Assembly: GCF_963676685.1 (NCBI RefSeq)
Contig: NC_092347.1
Location: forward strand, 81,282,001-81,346,000
From: Mytilus edulis
Lineage: Eukaryota
Direction of reading: 5' to 3'
Length of the DNA: 64,000 nt
Part shown: positions 1 through 13,089 of the stretch, piece after piece
Layout: each line of letters opens with the position of its first letter
How positions within the stretch are numbered: the first letter of the stretch is position 1
The notes under the pieces: generated by a model
Seen by the model: the letters and a program-made list of their open reading frames with translations, nothing else
What the model was told of the DNA's origin: nothing
The model's database searches: none
Made by a program: the position numbers and the translations under genes

Positions 1-454
1 CCATTTATTCCGTTAGGAACTTATACTGTAATATTTATTCCTGTGGAAATAATATTCCAGAATATTTCTTCCTTTTGGAACTTATATTATGAAGGAACTT
101 CTATTCTGTGACAGTACTAAGATAAACCTACGACTGAGAAAATATATTTGGTCATATTAGCCATATTTGTGCTTGTAGTTACAAGTGTAAATGTACTAAT
201 TATAAAAAAAAGAAGATGTGGTATGATTGCCAATGAGACAACTCTCCACAAGATACCAAAAAATGACACAAAAATTTACAACTATAGGTCACCGTACGGC
301 CTTTAACAATGAGCAAAACCCATACCGCATAGTCAGCTTAAAAGGCCCCGGAATGACAATGTAAAACAATTCAAACGAGAAAACTAACGGACTAATTTAT
401 GCATGTATAAAAATGAACGAAAAACAAATATGTAACACATCAACAAACGACAAC

Positions 455-558
455 CACTGAATTATAGGCTCCTGACTTGGGAAAGGCACATACATACAGA
501 ATGTGGCGGGGTTAAACATTATAGAGGGATCCCAACCCTCCCCATACCCGAGACAGTA
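455..558 (-). ncRNA. Twister ribozyme, P5-type (family A)
   Basis: Minus strand: GGGU AU GGG GAGGG ... UAA CCC CGCC ACAU..AUGU G CCUU UCCCAAGU CAGG A GCCU. Predicted scissile bond U514/A513. One P4 mismatch in this copy. Confidence 0.68.
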
Positions 559-753
559 CAACATAAAAACGAACTATAAAAATCAGTTGAAAAAGGCTTA
601 ACTCATCAGATGGATAAAAATACAAATGGACGTGTACGGGTACTTGCACATCCCAACAACAAAAAGACATTAGATACAGATCTGAGAGTAATCGCAGTTA
701 ACTGACAACTAGTTCAAAGCCTCTAACAACTTATAAAAAACTTATGCATCTAA

Positions 754-821
754 GACTAAATTATCAATCCGTTCACATCCAACATCCAATGGATTTTGTG
801 TAAAGACGTCAAAAAACAGTC
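754..821 (-). promoter_or_regulatory. Type II SECIS-like element (family A)
   Basis: Minus strand: UGAC at 811-808; 12 nt to AAA at 796-794; ministem UCCA/UGGA; 9 of 11 positions paired in helix II; UGAU at 766-763; helix I GACUG/UAGUC. The base before UGA is U rather than the canonical A. Confidence 0.6.
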
Positions 822-1109
822 AGAGAAAAACATGGCATTGTGCAATGCCAATACAGGTATCGACAGATTGTAGATCCATGAATATGTATCTATATTTCTC
901 TAATTCTATGGAAATTATCCCTTTCCGAACCCATTGTACAAAAAAAATTGATCAACATGTGGTTGCCGGTGATCTCAAAAGATCATTGGACGATTTTAAG
1001 GGTCATAACCTTTTTAGCTAACTGGATTGATCACACAATATGCTAACAGGCGTTAATGAAATTGACAACTCAGAAAAAGAAAAAAATATTTTTTAATCAT
1101 TAGAGAAAC

Positions 1110-1250
1110 AGATTCTTAAATAGCTACTCGTGGATTATCGGATTTATCCAATCTCGATAGTTAAATTATAAATTTTAAAGTCCTCGAATTGATAATTTAA
1201 CTATCGAGATTGGATAAGTCCGATAATCCACTGGTATCAATGTAAGAATC
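1110..1250. repeat. Palindromic element, about 40-bp near-perfect arms
   Basis: GTGGATTATCGGATTTATCCAATCTCGATAGTTAAATTAT and its near-exact inverse. Confidence 0.85.
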
Positions 1251-1984
1251 TATATGTAACACTCAAGTAATATTTTATAGTTAGCCTTTAATTTACTGAT
1301 AACAAAATCAATATATTTATACTAATAAAAACAATATTCAATGATCTTATTACAGTGTTGAATAATGTTTGCTACGCTCAGAGAATATATAATCAGGAAG
1401 CGAATTTTTGCTCTACACGGACTACGAACTCGTATATGATCAAAGGCCTAGCAAACGTAAGATCATCATCTAATATATTAACCAAGGTCGTGTTTTATTG
1501 ATCTCTTCTGTTCATCTCGGCGTAATATCTTCTACTGAAGACTAACAAAAAATAATGAATATGGACCTCTTCTGGAGATATTATGAAGAAGAAGCAATAA
1601 AACACAACGTCATTTTGGCGTCGGATAAAGTAAAACTTTTTATGTTGGATGACATAACTGAACTTTACTATTATTTATTAGAAATTGAGTTACGTCAGCA
1701 TATTCGAGAGACTTAACTGTAATAGTCAGTGTGCTCTCTTTTTGCATTGAATTATAAATTATTATAAACTCGAAGTCGAAAATACGAAAACACGGAAGTC
1801 GAAAACACGAAAACGCGAAATGCCGCCACGGTTTCATTTCTTGATTTCGCGTTTTCGACTTCCTATAGAATATGAAAGGCAAAAAGGTACAATCGCGCAA
1901 ACTCGAAATAGTCTTAACCTGCCTGACACCATGAAAAGTAAAATCACAAAATAAAAACACAGTCAGGCTGAGGACTTGAAAATT

Positions 1985-2132
1985 CAAAACGGATAGTCCC
2001 TAAGTCATCAAATGGCAAAATCAAACTGAGCTCAAACACATCAAACGGTTTCGCATGATCGATAACAACTGTCATATTCCTGACTTGGTACAGGCATTTT
2101 CTTATGTAGAAAATGGTAGACCCTTATTAAAC
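1985..2132 (-). mobile_element. Fragment of a third related family (C) with a partial twister core
   Basis: Minus strand: UACC AUUUUCU-ACAUA-AGAAAAU G CCUG UACCAAGU CAGG A. P3 and P4 intact; 5' part disrupted. Confidence 0.5.
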
Positions 2133-2705
2133 TGACCATGATACTACCTTTTTACGGGTGTTTTTAGAAAGTCAATGTAAGTGGCATCTTGAGCTTACAT
2201 GATTAGACATATTTCTATCAGAAACTGGATATTTACAACCATAATTCTTTTTTGGTTGCGATTGATTAATCAGCGTATGTTGGTGGCAGTTCAGTGGTGT
2301 TTTCAGTTGGAATTGCATTCTCATTCTCAGAGTCTATATATATGTCTCTCTTTCTATAAGTGAAATTTTTTCTTATTTTTTTTTTTGCATAAACGTTTAA
2401 CATCTCATCATTTATAAACTTTGCAAGTATTATATGATTTATGATATTGCGTATTGGTACTCAAAGGTCCGTAATCGTGTTTTGTTATTTTAAAATTGTT
2501 ATGTGGTGCTAGGTTGACATCCAATTAAAATTTGGCGGGAAAAAAGAAGGCATCTCCCGAAGATTTGTTCCCAATATTTGTCTACACTGGCGACGACCAA
2601 AAGTATAAAAGTTAGTTAACAGGTCACACTTCAAATATTCAACATTTTAGACCAGTGTCTGAGAACAGTTAAAAAAATGTCAAAGATGTCAACTTCAAAA
2701 AGCCA

Positions 2706-4498
2706 TTTTTTTAGCTCACCTGGCCCAAAGGGCCAAGTGAGCTTTTCTCATCACTTTGCGTCCGGCGTCCGTCGTCCGTCGTCCGTCGTCCGTCGTCGTC
2801 CGGCGTTAGCTTTTACAAAAATCTTCTCCTCTGAAACTACTGGGCCAAATCAAACCAAACTTGGCCACAATCATCATTGGGGTATCTAGTTTAAAAAATG
2901 TGTGGCGTGACCCGGTCAACCAACCAAGATGGCCGCCATGGCTAAAAATAGAACATAGGGGTAAAATGCAGTTTTTGGCTTATAACTCAAAAACCAAAGC
3001 ATTTAGAGCAAATCTGACATGGGGTAAAAATGTTTATCAGGTCAAGATCTATCTGCCCTGAAATTTTCAGATGAATCGGTCAATCGGTTGTTGGGTTGCT
3101 GCCCCTGAATTGGTAATTTTGAGGAAATTTTGCTGTTTTTGGTTATTATCTTGAATATTATTATAGATAGAGGTAAACTGTAAACAGCAATAATGTTCAG
3201 CAAAGTAAGATCTACAAATAAGTCAACATGACCAAAATGGTCAGTTGACCCGTTTAGGAGTTATTGCCCTTTATAGTCAATTTTTAACCATTTTTCGTTA
3301 ATTAAAGTAATCTTTTACAAAAATCTTCTCCTCTGAAACTACTGGGCCAAATTAATCCAAACTTGGCCACAATCATCTTTGGGGTATTTAGTTTAAAAAA
3401 TGTGTGGCGTGACCTGGTCAACCAACCAAGATGGCCGCCACGGCTAAAAATAGAACAAAGGGGTAAAATGCTGTTTTTGGCTTATAACTCAAAAACCAAA
3501 GCATTTTGAGGAAATCTGACAGGATAAAAATGTTTATCAGGTCAAGATCTATCTGCCCTGAAATTTTCAGATGAATCGGTCAATCGGTTGTTGGTTTGCT
3601 GCCCCTGAATTGGTAATTTTGAGGAAATTTTGCTGTTTTTGGTTATTATCTTGAATATTATTATAGATAGAGATAAACTGTAAACAGCAATAATGTTCAG
3701 CAAAGTAAGATCTACAAATAAGTCAACATGACCAAAATGGTCAGTTGACCCCTTTAGGAGTTATTGCCCTTTATAGTCAATCTTTAACCATTTTTCATAA
3801 ATCTAAGTAATCTTTTACAAAATCTCCACTGAAACTACCAGGCCACAATCATCTTTGGGGTATCTCGTTTGAAAAATGTGTCCGATGACCTGGCCATTCA
3901 ACCAAGATGGCCGCCACGGCTAAAAATAGAACATAGGGGTAAAATGCAGTTTTTGGCTTATAACTATGAAACCAAAGCATCTAGAGCAAATCAGACAAGA
4001 AGTTAAATTGTTAATCAAGTCAATATCTATCTGCCCTGAATTTTTCAGATGAATTGGACAACTGGTTGTTGGGTTGCTGCCCTCCAATTGGTAATTTTTA
4101 AAGAAATTTTGCCGTTTTTGGTTATCTTGAATACTATTATAGATAGCGATAAACTGTAAACAGCAATAATGTTCAGCAAAGTAAAATCTACAAATAAGTC
4201 AACATGACCTAAATGGTCAATTGACCCCTTAAGGAGTTATTGCCCTTTATAGTCAATTTTTAACAATTTTCATTAATTTGGTAAATTTATGTAAATTTTT
4301 ACCAAATATAGTTCTCTGTTACTAATGGGCAAAGTTCATTATAGATATAATTGTAAGAAGCAAAATCGTTCAGTAAAGTAAGAACTTCAAACACATCACC
4401 ATCACCAAAATACAATTTTGTCATGAATCCATTTGTGTCCTTTGTTTAATATGCACATAGACCAAGGTGAGCGACACAGGTCTTTAGAGCCTCTAGTT
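2706..4498 (+). mobile_element. Non-autonomous Helentron-type element (HINE/pearl-like) with about three 500-bp internal tandem repeats
   Basis: T-run; 5' hairpin GCTCACCTGGCCC-AAA-GGGCCAAGTGAGC; (CGTC)-type microsatellite; repeat units starting near 2811, 3313 and 3813; 3' subterminal inverted repeat CCAAGGTGAGC; small terminal palindrome; TT end. Confidence 0.82.
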
Positions 4499-4714
4499 CA
4501 GCTCTACACTACTACAAACTAGTGCCGGTAGTGGCTTGATAGTCGAGTTTGACACCGTTATTGCTAAGATTCAGATTTCAAACTCCTTTGCATACAGTTA
4601 TACAAACACTAGCTGTAAGACCGCACATGTGTGTGTTACTATTTACCGGGTTAACTATCCAATGAAACTCCCACTTTTTTAGGGTTCCTCTTAGTCCTAT
4701 AATGAATCTATAAT

Positions 4715-4925
4715 GAGGGGGGCAATAGGGGGTCCGTTAACATGTTAACAACACCTCAATTTTGGCAAAAACAGTTAACAAAAAATGCAAAAATGCTGAT
4801 AACAGTTAACAAAGTGGGTTGAAAACAGTTAACAGCTTTTAAAATTGATCTCAGATAACAGTAAACAACACCTTGAAAAGGGCCATAACAGGTTAACACA
4901 AAAAGGTATTGCCCCCCCCCCCCTC
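4715..4925. mobile_element. Small MITE with AACAGTTAAC internal repeats
   Basis: GAGGGGGGCAATA / TATTGCCCC..CCTC termini; TATAAT on both flanks; nested in another palindromic repeat (about 4683-5150). Confidence 0.7.
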
Positions 4926-6447
4926 TATAATATGAGACTTTGGAGTTTCATATCATTCAACATTGACAGTAAAAAAAAAATCTGATAAAAAACGTTGAAT
5001 GTAAATGATATGAAACTCCGAAGTCTTATATTGGCCAAGGATCCTTGTATTCGTGTTTCAACATTGACAGCTAAAAAAAATTATCCGATAAAAAACTTTG
5101 AATGTAAATGATATGAAACTCTGAAGTCTTATATTATAGGACTAGGGTTCCACTTTGAATTTAATACATGTAGTATTTAAAACCTGGCAAATAGTAACAA
5201 ACCTCTGTGGTTCCATCAATGATTTGTCAATATACAAATCATTTGTCCATAATTTGCAACTATTAAATTTTAAAATTCTGTTTATATGAGTTAGTAGGAC
5301 ATACTTTAGAGGCCCCAGAACCACTGGTGTCAACGTGATGATCATAACTGCAATTACTATCATCCCAATATAAATAAATTTGGTGTACTCACTATCTTCT
5401 GATTGGTTTAAAGTATTATTTTTATTTCTAATGTTTTAAATTTTATGGCGACACGCCCACTCTAATATGTCAACATGTGTGTACATTGTTATTTTTAATA
5501 TGAATAATATAAAATGTTCCTTGAGCCTTATTTTTGATAGAAATTTATTTATAATGAATGTCAATAATTTATTTTGAATTTATTGAACCATAAAATTAAT
5601 TTTTGACTTTTCACATTTTACATAATCCGCTTATATTTCCGAATATTTCAATATTTAGCATAGAACATTCTCCATTGTTCAAGAAGTGTTCTGCCCCAAT
5701 TTGAGTCTTTGATTTATTTTTGTATCCTCTTCAAATTTGGATAAAAGTTTGATCTGATCAAAATCTAAGATTTGTTCGATTATCACACAATTCTGAAACA
5801 AAACAAAAAAAAAACACTTTAGGAGGGGATAATGAAAATACCACATTAGTTCTTGTCTCTCTGATAATTTCATCAAAACCTCTGCAAATGTATAAGAAGG
5901 TGTCCACTCATCCAAGCCCAATATATCACTCAATAATCAGGAAAAAAAATTGTTTAGGATTTGTTAAAATAAATTTCTATTAATATTAATAGTAAGGAAT
6001 TTATTGTTTGTTACACCAAATCAGCAAAGGTTATTTAACTTGTATAAACATTTATAAACTTGTAAAATCCGTTAAAATCTAAATTTTAACTAGCAATTTG
6101 CCAGCTGGCTAGTGTTAGGTCCTGATATACCATCTACATATGTAGCTGTTATATGATTACAAACATACTTTGTGTTAATTTAAAAAAAATAATAATTTGT
6201 TTTTGTTATAGATATATATAAGCCAAATATTTTAGATTTCTAAAGAAGGATAATACATGTTTATATTTTGAACCATGTCAAATAGTTTTATAATGGATTA
6301 ATTACATTCTTCCTTTAAACTATTGTTTGGATACAATACACTGTAGAAATTAATATGTATTATACTGTAGTTATGTAAATTACCATACAATAGATTTAAG
6401 TTTAATAAGTGTGAAATAATATATTATTTAGATTTATATTGTTTTAG

Positions 6448-6564
6448 GGAGACCATGACATAATTATCAAGATAAGAGAAAAGGTCATTAACTCTATGAG
6501 TAGACAATTACAGCAAGAGCTCAGCAGATACCATGGGAGTCTGAACAAGGAACTTTACAAGTAG
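6448..6564 (+). CDS. Probable terminal coding exon of an unidentified upstream gene (GDHDIIIKIREKVINSMSRQLQQELSRYHGSLNKELYK*)
   Basis: gttttag| acceptor and a 39-codon purine-rich open frame ending in TAG, within very AT-rich flanks. AATAAA at 7416. No upstream exon recognised in the window. Confidence 0.5.
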   Translation, partial: GDHDIIIKIREKVINSMSRQLQQELSRYHGSLNKELYK

Positions 6565-7207
6565 GGGGAGTCTGAACAAGGAACTTTACAAGTAGGGGGA
6601 GTCTGAACAAGGAACTTTACAAGTAGGGGGAGTCTGAAAAAGGAACTTTACAAGTAGGGGGAGTCTGAACAAGGAACTTTACAAGTAGGGGGAGTCTGAA
6701 CAAGGAACTTTACAAGTAGGGGGAGTCTGAAAAAGGAACTTTACAAGTAGGGGGAGTCTGAACAAGGAACTTTACAAGTAGGGGAGTCTGAACAAGGAAC
6801 TTTATAAGTAGGGGGAGTCTGAACAAGGAACTTTATAAGTAGGGGGAGTCTGAACAAGGAACTTTACAAGTAGAGGGAGTCTGAACAAGGAACTTTACAA
6901 GTAGGGGGAGTCTGAACAAGGAACTTTACAAGTAGGGGGAAACAAGGAACTTTACAAGTAGGGGGAGTCTGAAAAAGGAACTTTACAAGTAGGGGAGTCT
7001 GAACAAGGAACTTTACAAGTAGGGGGAGTCTGAACAAGGAACTTTACAAGTAGGGGGAGTCTGAACAAGGAACTTTACAAGTAGGGGGAGTCTGAACAAG
7101 GAACTTTACAAGTAGGGGGAGTCTGAAAAAGGAACTTTACAAGTAGGGGAGTCTGAACAAGGAACTTTACAAGTAGGGGGAGTCTGAACAAGGAACTTTA
7201 CAAGTAG
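6536..7207 (+). repeat. 31-bp minisatellite, about 22 copies (CTGAACAAGGAACTTTACAAGTAGGGGGAGT)
   Basis: Head-to-tail near-identical units with no spacers; variation mainly in G-run length and C/A or C/T substitutions. Confidence 0.97.
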
Positions 7208-8596
7208 TTGCCATGGTAATGATTTGTAAGAACGACAGATTGATGGTCGAAGTGTACATATTTTCAATTCCAGAAACTTAAAATATAATATTAAAAAGTT
7301 GCATCCAGAAAGAAAATTGTATATATGTATTGCACATAAAATGGCTTTGATAAATTTTTTAATAATATTTATCTTTATATAACATTTAGTTGTTTTGACT
7401 TTGAAAAATGAACAGAATAAAGTCAGTTCAATAAGTTGATTTCAATTGACGAAAACAGAAATAGCCTCCAACAAATGCAGAGTTCATGAATGCTGTCAGA
7501 ATATCAGCTTGGATTATTCCCCTTTGATTAAGATGAACTTCATTTACCTGCAATTTATTGGATAATAACATTTTATCATACCCTTAAGAGAATATTTATG
7601 TAAGTAGTTGACTGAATAGGACCAAATGCAATATAATAAGTAATTTAGTATGAATATTTGATAAGGTTTATTGGTCAATTAAGATAAGCCACGATTTTTT
7701 ACCTGAGGTGAGATGACAAATAGACCCTACAAATTAGTAGTCTTTGATGTGTAAATTGTCCATTAATTTCTGTGCAAAGTGGAATTTTACGTGTTGTCCA
7801 CTTTATTTGTAATTTATAATTTCCCCATAATACCAAGTAGAAGTGTTAATAACATGGTTTTACTGTTTGAAGGTTTTAGAGAAAAAAGTCAGTTGACTGG
7901 AAGAATATATCAATTGTCTGGCCTTAACTATTCCACAAACAACTGAATTGTAGTGAGAAATAATGGTGTTTTTTTTTGCATTTTCATTTTCAAAAGTTGA
8001 TTAGCTATCTGATTACTAATTATTATTTACCCTGTTCGAGTAAATTGTACATCATTGTTCATATAAAATGATAGACACCTTCACAGAGATGTACGTCAGT
8101 GAATTGGTCATCCATGAAAAATAGGTCACATTAACCTACTTTAAAAAAAATATAGTAACTGATGGAGCCAAAAATTTAATCTATGAAAACTACTTTCTGT
8201 TACCTTTTCTAAATTACCTGAAATATGATCAGCATTGATCCATCTTTGGACTAGGGTACAATGTTGTAATTTGAGTAAAACTTCTATGCTCTGAATTGAT
8301 TTTCTTGTGCTGTCCCATTGTTTGCTGATGCAGCCACTGCATAATATATTATCATGTATTCATTTAATCAATGGGTTAATTAAACAGATTTTGAACCTTT
8401 CTATTGATCAGTTTAAGGATCTTGATATTTTGTACATCAAAATTAGATTTCTTACATTGAAGCAAATTTGTATAATTTGTTTACAAATCTCATTGAATTG
8501 AAAACTTGTATCATAACATTTCAAAATATAAGCTTGAAAATTGAATACACAAAAAGTCTTTTATTTTTAGCATTAATCCACAATTTATCTTTCAAA

Positions 8597-10190
8597 CACT
8601 ACACGAAAAGGCAGATTTACAACAATTTGGACAGTCATGTAAATGTTTGACAAATGTAACTACTTTTCTGCAAGATAAATTTGCAGACCTGCTAATGTGT
8701 ATGTAAATGAATTATTCCTTTGACATTATTTAGGAGGTCGTCAAAGATATGCTAAAGATAATTATTTTATTTCCATAGCTTTAGTCATTCTTCAAAGATA
8801 TGTAAAGAAATGCCATAGATTTGCATGCACTTTCCAAGATAGGAGATATATGCAAAGTTTAAAATTTGCATAACTGATTTACAGAGGTGTGGGCAGTTTT
8901 GAGAGACCGCGGTTTATAAAACATTTACGACCAATGTAAATGCTGACAAATGTTTGTGTTATATTTGCAAACGTTTGTCGATATCGTTCATGTATGTAAA
9001 GCAATGTATTTTATTTACTAATACTTTCCAGTATTATAGTTATTTGGATAAATATTGTTATTTGCAACATATCTTTACAGACGTATGCAAAGTTTTGAGA
9101 GACCGCGGTTTATAAAACATTTACAACCAATGTAAATGCTGTCAAATGTTTGTGTAATATTTGCAAACGTTTGTCGATATCGTTCACGTATGTAAAGAAA
9201 TGTATTTTATTTACTAATACTTTCCAGTATTATAGTTATTTTGATAAATATTGATATTTGCAACATATCTTTACAGACGTACGCAAAGTTTTGAGAGACC
9301 GCGGTTTATAAAACATTTACAACCAATGTAAATGCTGTCAAATGTTTGTGTAATATTTGCAAACGTTTGTCGATATCGTTCACGTATGTAAAGAAATGTA
9401 TTTTATTTACTAATACTTTCAAGTATTATAGTTATTTTGATAAATATTGATATTTGCAACAAAGCTTTACAGACGTACTCAAAGTTTTGAGAGACCGCGG
9501 TTTATAAAACATTTACAACCAATGTAAATGCTGTCAAATGTTTGTGTAATATTTGCAAACGTTTGTCGATATCGTTCACGTATGTAAAGAAATGTATTTT
9601 ATTTACTAATACTTTCAAGTATTATAGTTATTTTGATAAATATTGATATTTGCAACAAAGCTTTACAGACGTACTCAAGGTTTTGAGAGACCGCGGTTTA
9701 TAAAACATTTACAACCAATGTAAATGCTGTCAAATGTTTGTGTAATATTTGCAAACGTTTGTCGATATCGTTCACGTATGTAAAGAAATGTATTTTATTT
9801 ACTAATACTTTCCAGTATTATAGTTATTTTTATAAATATTGATATTTGCAACATATCTTTACAGACGTACGCAAAGTTTTGAGAGACCGCGGTTTATAAA
9901 ACATTTACAACCAATGTAAATGCTGTCAAATGTTTGTGTAATATTTGCAAACGTTTGTCGATATCGTTCACGTATGTAAAGAAATGTATTTTATTTACTA
10001 ATACTTTCCAGTATTATAGTTATTTTGATAAATATTGATATTTGCAACACATCTTTACAGACGTATGCAAAGTTTTGAGAGACCATGATTTATAAAACAT
10101 TTACAACCAATGTAAATGCTGTCAAATGTTTGTGTAATATTTGCAAACGTTTGTTGATATCGTTCATTTATGTAAAGAAATGTATTTTAT
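8597..10190 (+). mobile_element. CACTA-like left end carrying a 196-bp satellite
   Basis: Starts CACTACACGAAA; subterminal region leads into the tandem array. Confidence 0.6.
8897..10190 (+). repeat. 196-bp tandem repeat, about 6.6 copies
   Basis: GAGAGACC motif at 8901, 9097, 9293, 9489, 9685, 9881 and 10077. Confidence 0.97.
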
Positions 10191-10230
10191 CAACTCCCAA
10201 AAAATTAGAAAGTGTCTTACATATTATAAG

Positions 10231-10814
10231 AAAGGAGTAGGTCCGGTAAGGACCAATTTTGGCCTCAAATTTCAGGTTCATCTGACGAAAGATTTTGACC
10301 ACTTTTTAAACACTTAAGTGTCTATTTCATTTGAATCAATTAGTTTATGTGAAAGATTTTAACTGATTTAGTCTTTAAAAACGATGCTATTCAAGCTCAA
10401 ATGTGAAAAATCTACCAAATATGCCGAAAAATGTCAATTTTCAGATGGTTTTTGTCAAAAACGAAAGTGGCCGCATCCGTGTTCATCCTCAACCTTTATA
10501 TATTTTATGTATTATCATAAAATACAACTTACAATTTAATATTAAGGATGAACACGAATGCGGCCACTTTCGTTTTACACGAAAACCGTCCAAAATTTAA
10601 CTAAAATGCTAGAATTGTGAAGATTTCAGTAATTTAGCATGACTTTATGGTGCTAGTACCCGATATATGTGCATTGTATTGTCAAAAACAGCTCATATTT
10701 ATGTAGCAGAAGCATTCTACTGTCCAATGAATAACTAAAAGTTAACATTTTAACAATTTTGTAAAACTGCTATATTTTGGGGCCAAAAAGGGGTCTTACT
10801 GGACCTACTCCTTT
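10231..10814. mobile_element. MITE with terminal and internal inverted repeats
   Basis: AAAGGAGTAGGTCC...GGACCTACTCCTTT termini extending imperfectly inward; internal inverted pair GAAAGTGGCCGCAT/ATGCGGCCACTTTC. Confidence 0.85.
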
Positions 10815-12960
10815 TACGTATTGATGGTTTCAGAGACCGTGAAAATATTTGAATTGATTAAGTAGATATTGTTCTTCCCCAATCCAAACCAGAACTTTTT
10901 GAAGTTATGATATTAAAAATGGCAGGGTGCTTTTTAAATGTCGGACCGATGATATTTTTTTCTATTTGAATGGTTAAGAAAATCTTCAAAGCTTTTATCC
11001 AGAACCAAGGAAACTATTTAAAACTTGAGTGAGGATTTTTTAAGATCTTGCTGGTATAAAAACACAAATGGTTTAAAATGTATTTATCTTTCCTTACATC
11101 AGGGTTTACAATTCGATATGCTTGTTGTATCAGAACGGAAACACTACCTCAATCGACGCATTGTAATAGTAAATTGATACTTTTTTTTATAGCTTAAAGA
11201 CACATAATGAATGGGTTGATAGATTGATTTGTGTAAACGTCCAGCTACAAATGCTACACGAATCTCAGGTGTAGGGAGAAATGCACTAATATAATAACAC
11301 TGTACTAAATTATAAGCAGCATTACTTTATTACTTTTTGTACTTCAAATATGAAAAAAAGACGACGTAATTCAATGACATTATAATTATTAGAATAAACT
11401 CTAAACCAGAATAAATAATGATCAAATCGATAAAAGCGGTACGTTTTCTCAACCCAATGATATTGGTGTGGAAAAAGTTAGTTTAGTTTCTGCTTATTTG
11501 TGATCTTTTCTTATTTAAATCAAGAGAATAATTGAATTTTTTTTTCTTCAATATAACTTAAGCCAAGGCGTGTGTTTTCAATGTTTTGCATGATCGTATA
11601 ATTTGAAAATACACGAGTATGCACATACATGTACATGTATTTTATCATAATGATTATGATAACAATTGAAAATGCCTAATAATACAATAAAAAAAGAAAG
11701 AGCATTAATCAAGTATCCCTCAATAGGTGGTAAATATGTCACTTGTATGTAAATGAATGGATTTTCCCGACTGTGAAATGGTTCATCTTTTAGCACTACA
11801 GGGTTCCTTAAAAGGAAAACCGTATGTGTTAATTACCAAAATTGATCTAATAACGCTAATTGGGTATAATAAAATCCAGACGTTCTAAAGAGATTAATAA
11901 TATAAACATGTACAAATCATGCCAATTATACGCAAGCCAAGAATATGGCAGATAAAGACATCGGGATTATTTTTATAATTAAACATGCAGTTTGTATTCA
12001 TGAAAATGTGTTAATACTTTGAAAAAGGCAAATAATTTAAAAGTTTACATGCTAAAAAATTAAAGAAGAAATTAGAACAGTAGCATTGTATCTGAATGCT
12101 GTTGAGGATAAACACCATTTCATATTTAAAAGTAGAATGTACACGTTTACAAGCTTATTATATAGAAATATGTTGAAATTATATTTACAGTAAAAGTATT
12201 TTAAAACAATTATCTTTTGTATATAAAAACAAGCATTCTCGTTTCCTCGCTTCTCATATATAGCAGATTTAATAAATTCGATGCAAAGCAAATAATTTAA
12301 CCTTTGAATTGAATATAATCTCTGTATTTCGTGTTTCAACAAGAATAAAAATGACCAACATTAATGGAAAAAAATACATCAATTTCCATAAACTTCCTTC
12401 TATTATATTAATCTGATTATACAGTTATATATGAAAATATTTATTCAATTCAGAATAGATATAGAAAATATTTGTCCTTTTTGTTTTCCAATCTTGACTT
12501 TATCCTATTTAAAGATATAATGATCTCAAGAAATATTCCCATGCAGTACATGTATTTGTTCCAATCGAAGGCTCCAAATTTTTAAAACATTTAATCATTT
12601 CAAAGTTATATAATGTTGTTGCTGAATGATGTAAATGTTAATCGCCAATATCGAAATCTACCTCCATTTTGTCATAAGTAACAACATATTAAAATTTGAA
12701 AACCTTTGGATGAAAGGTTCGTAGATTATCGAACGGAAACGATTGAAGCAGCCCGCCCGCTCGTCCGCAGTACATCAATAAATCAATAACGGGACTGGAA
12801 ATCCCAAAGAAAAAAAATAGCAAGTCATAAATAAAGGTAAAATACATCCGGTTTACTGTCATCCTCATGTATATGTAGTATACTTGTTTTAAAACTGGTG
12901 TTTGTCTTTGAGTCTCTTTTTGTTTTTACTCAATGTCATCAGAAGTGTGTCGACACTGAT

Positions 12961-13089
12961 CAGTGGCGGATCCAAAGAGGGGGGGGGGGTTCCGGGGGTT
13001 GGAACCCAACTTTTTTTGCCGATCAATGCATTTGAATGGGAGCAATATAGTTGGGACCCCCTTTTTTTAAATGGCTGGATCCGCGCCTG
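12961..13089. mobile_element. Short MITE with CAG termini (hAT-like)
   Basis: CAGTGGCGGATCCA / TGGATCCGCGCCTG imperfect TIRs; no TSD seen. Confidence 0.6.

Larger units (their letters stand above)
204..890 (-). mobile_element. Dispersed repeat family A, 3' end of a related Penelope-like element (longest copy)
   Basis: Multi-copy in the window. Read on the minus strand it has SECIS-like, GTCAGTTAACTGC, twister-like and 3' motifs in the same order as family B. Confidence 0.75.

Noticed and set aside
2677-3061. ORFs inside HINE elements (also 14133-14435 and 18796-19400)
   Set aside because: Chance frames through microsatellite and repeat sequence, with no Rep/helicase motifs.
5679-5933. Minus-strand ORF with a UBC/E2-like stretch (DEWTPSYTFAEVL)
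   Set aside because: Short resemblance only, no catalytic Cys, a poly-T tract inside, and no convincing exon chain.
6536-7207. CRISPR-like array (31-bp periodicity)
   Set aside because: The units are contiguous with no unique spacers, the context is eukaryotic and there are no cas genes.
7207-7220. RFX X-box-like GTTGCCATGGTAAT
   Set aside because: Imperfect single motif in a probable 3' UTR with no supporting promoter context.
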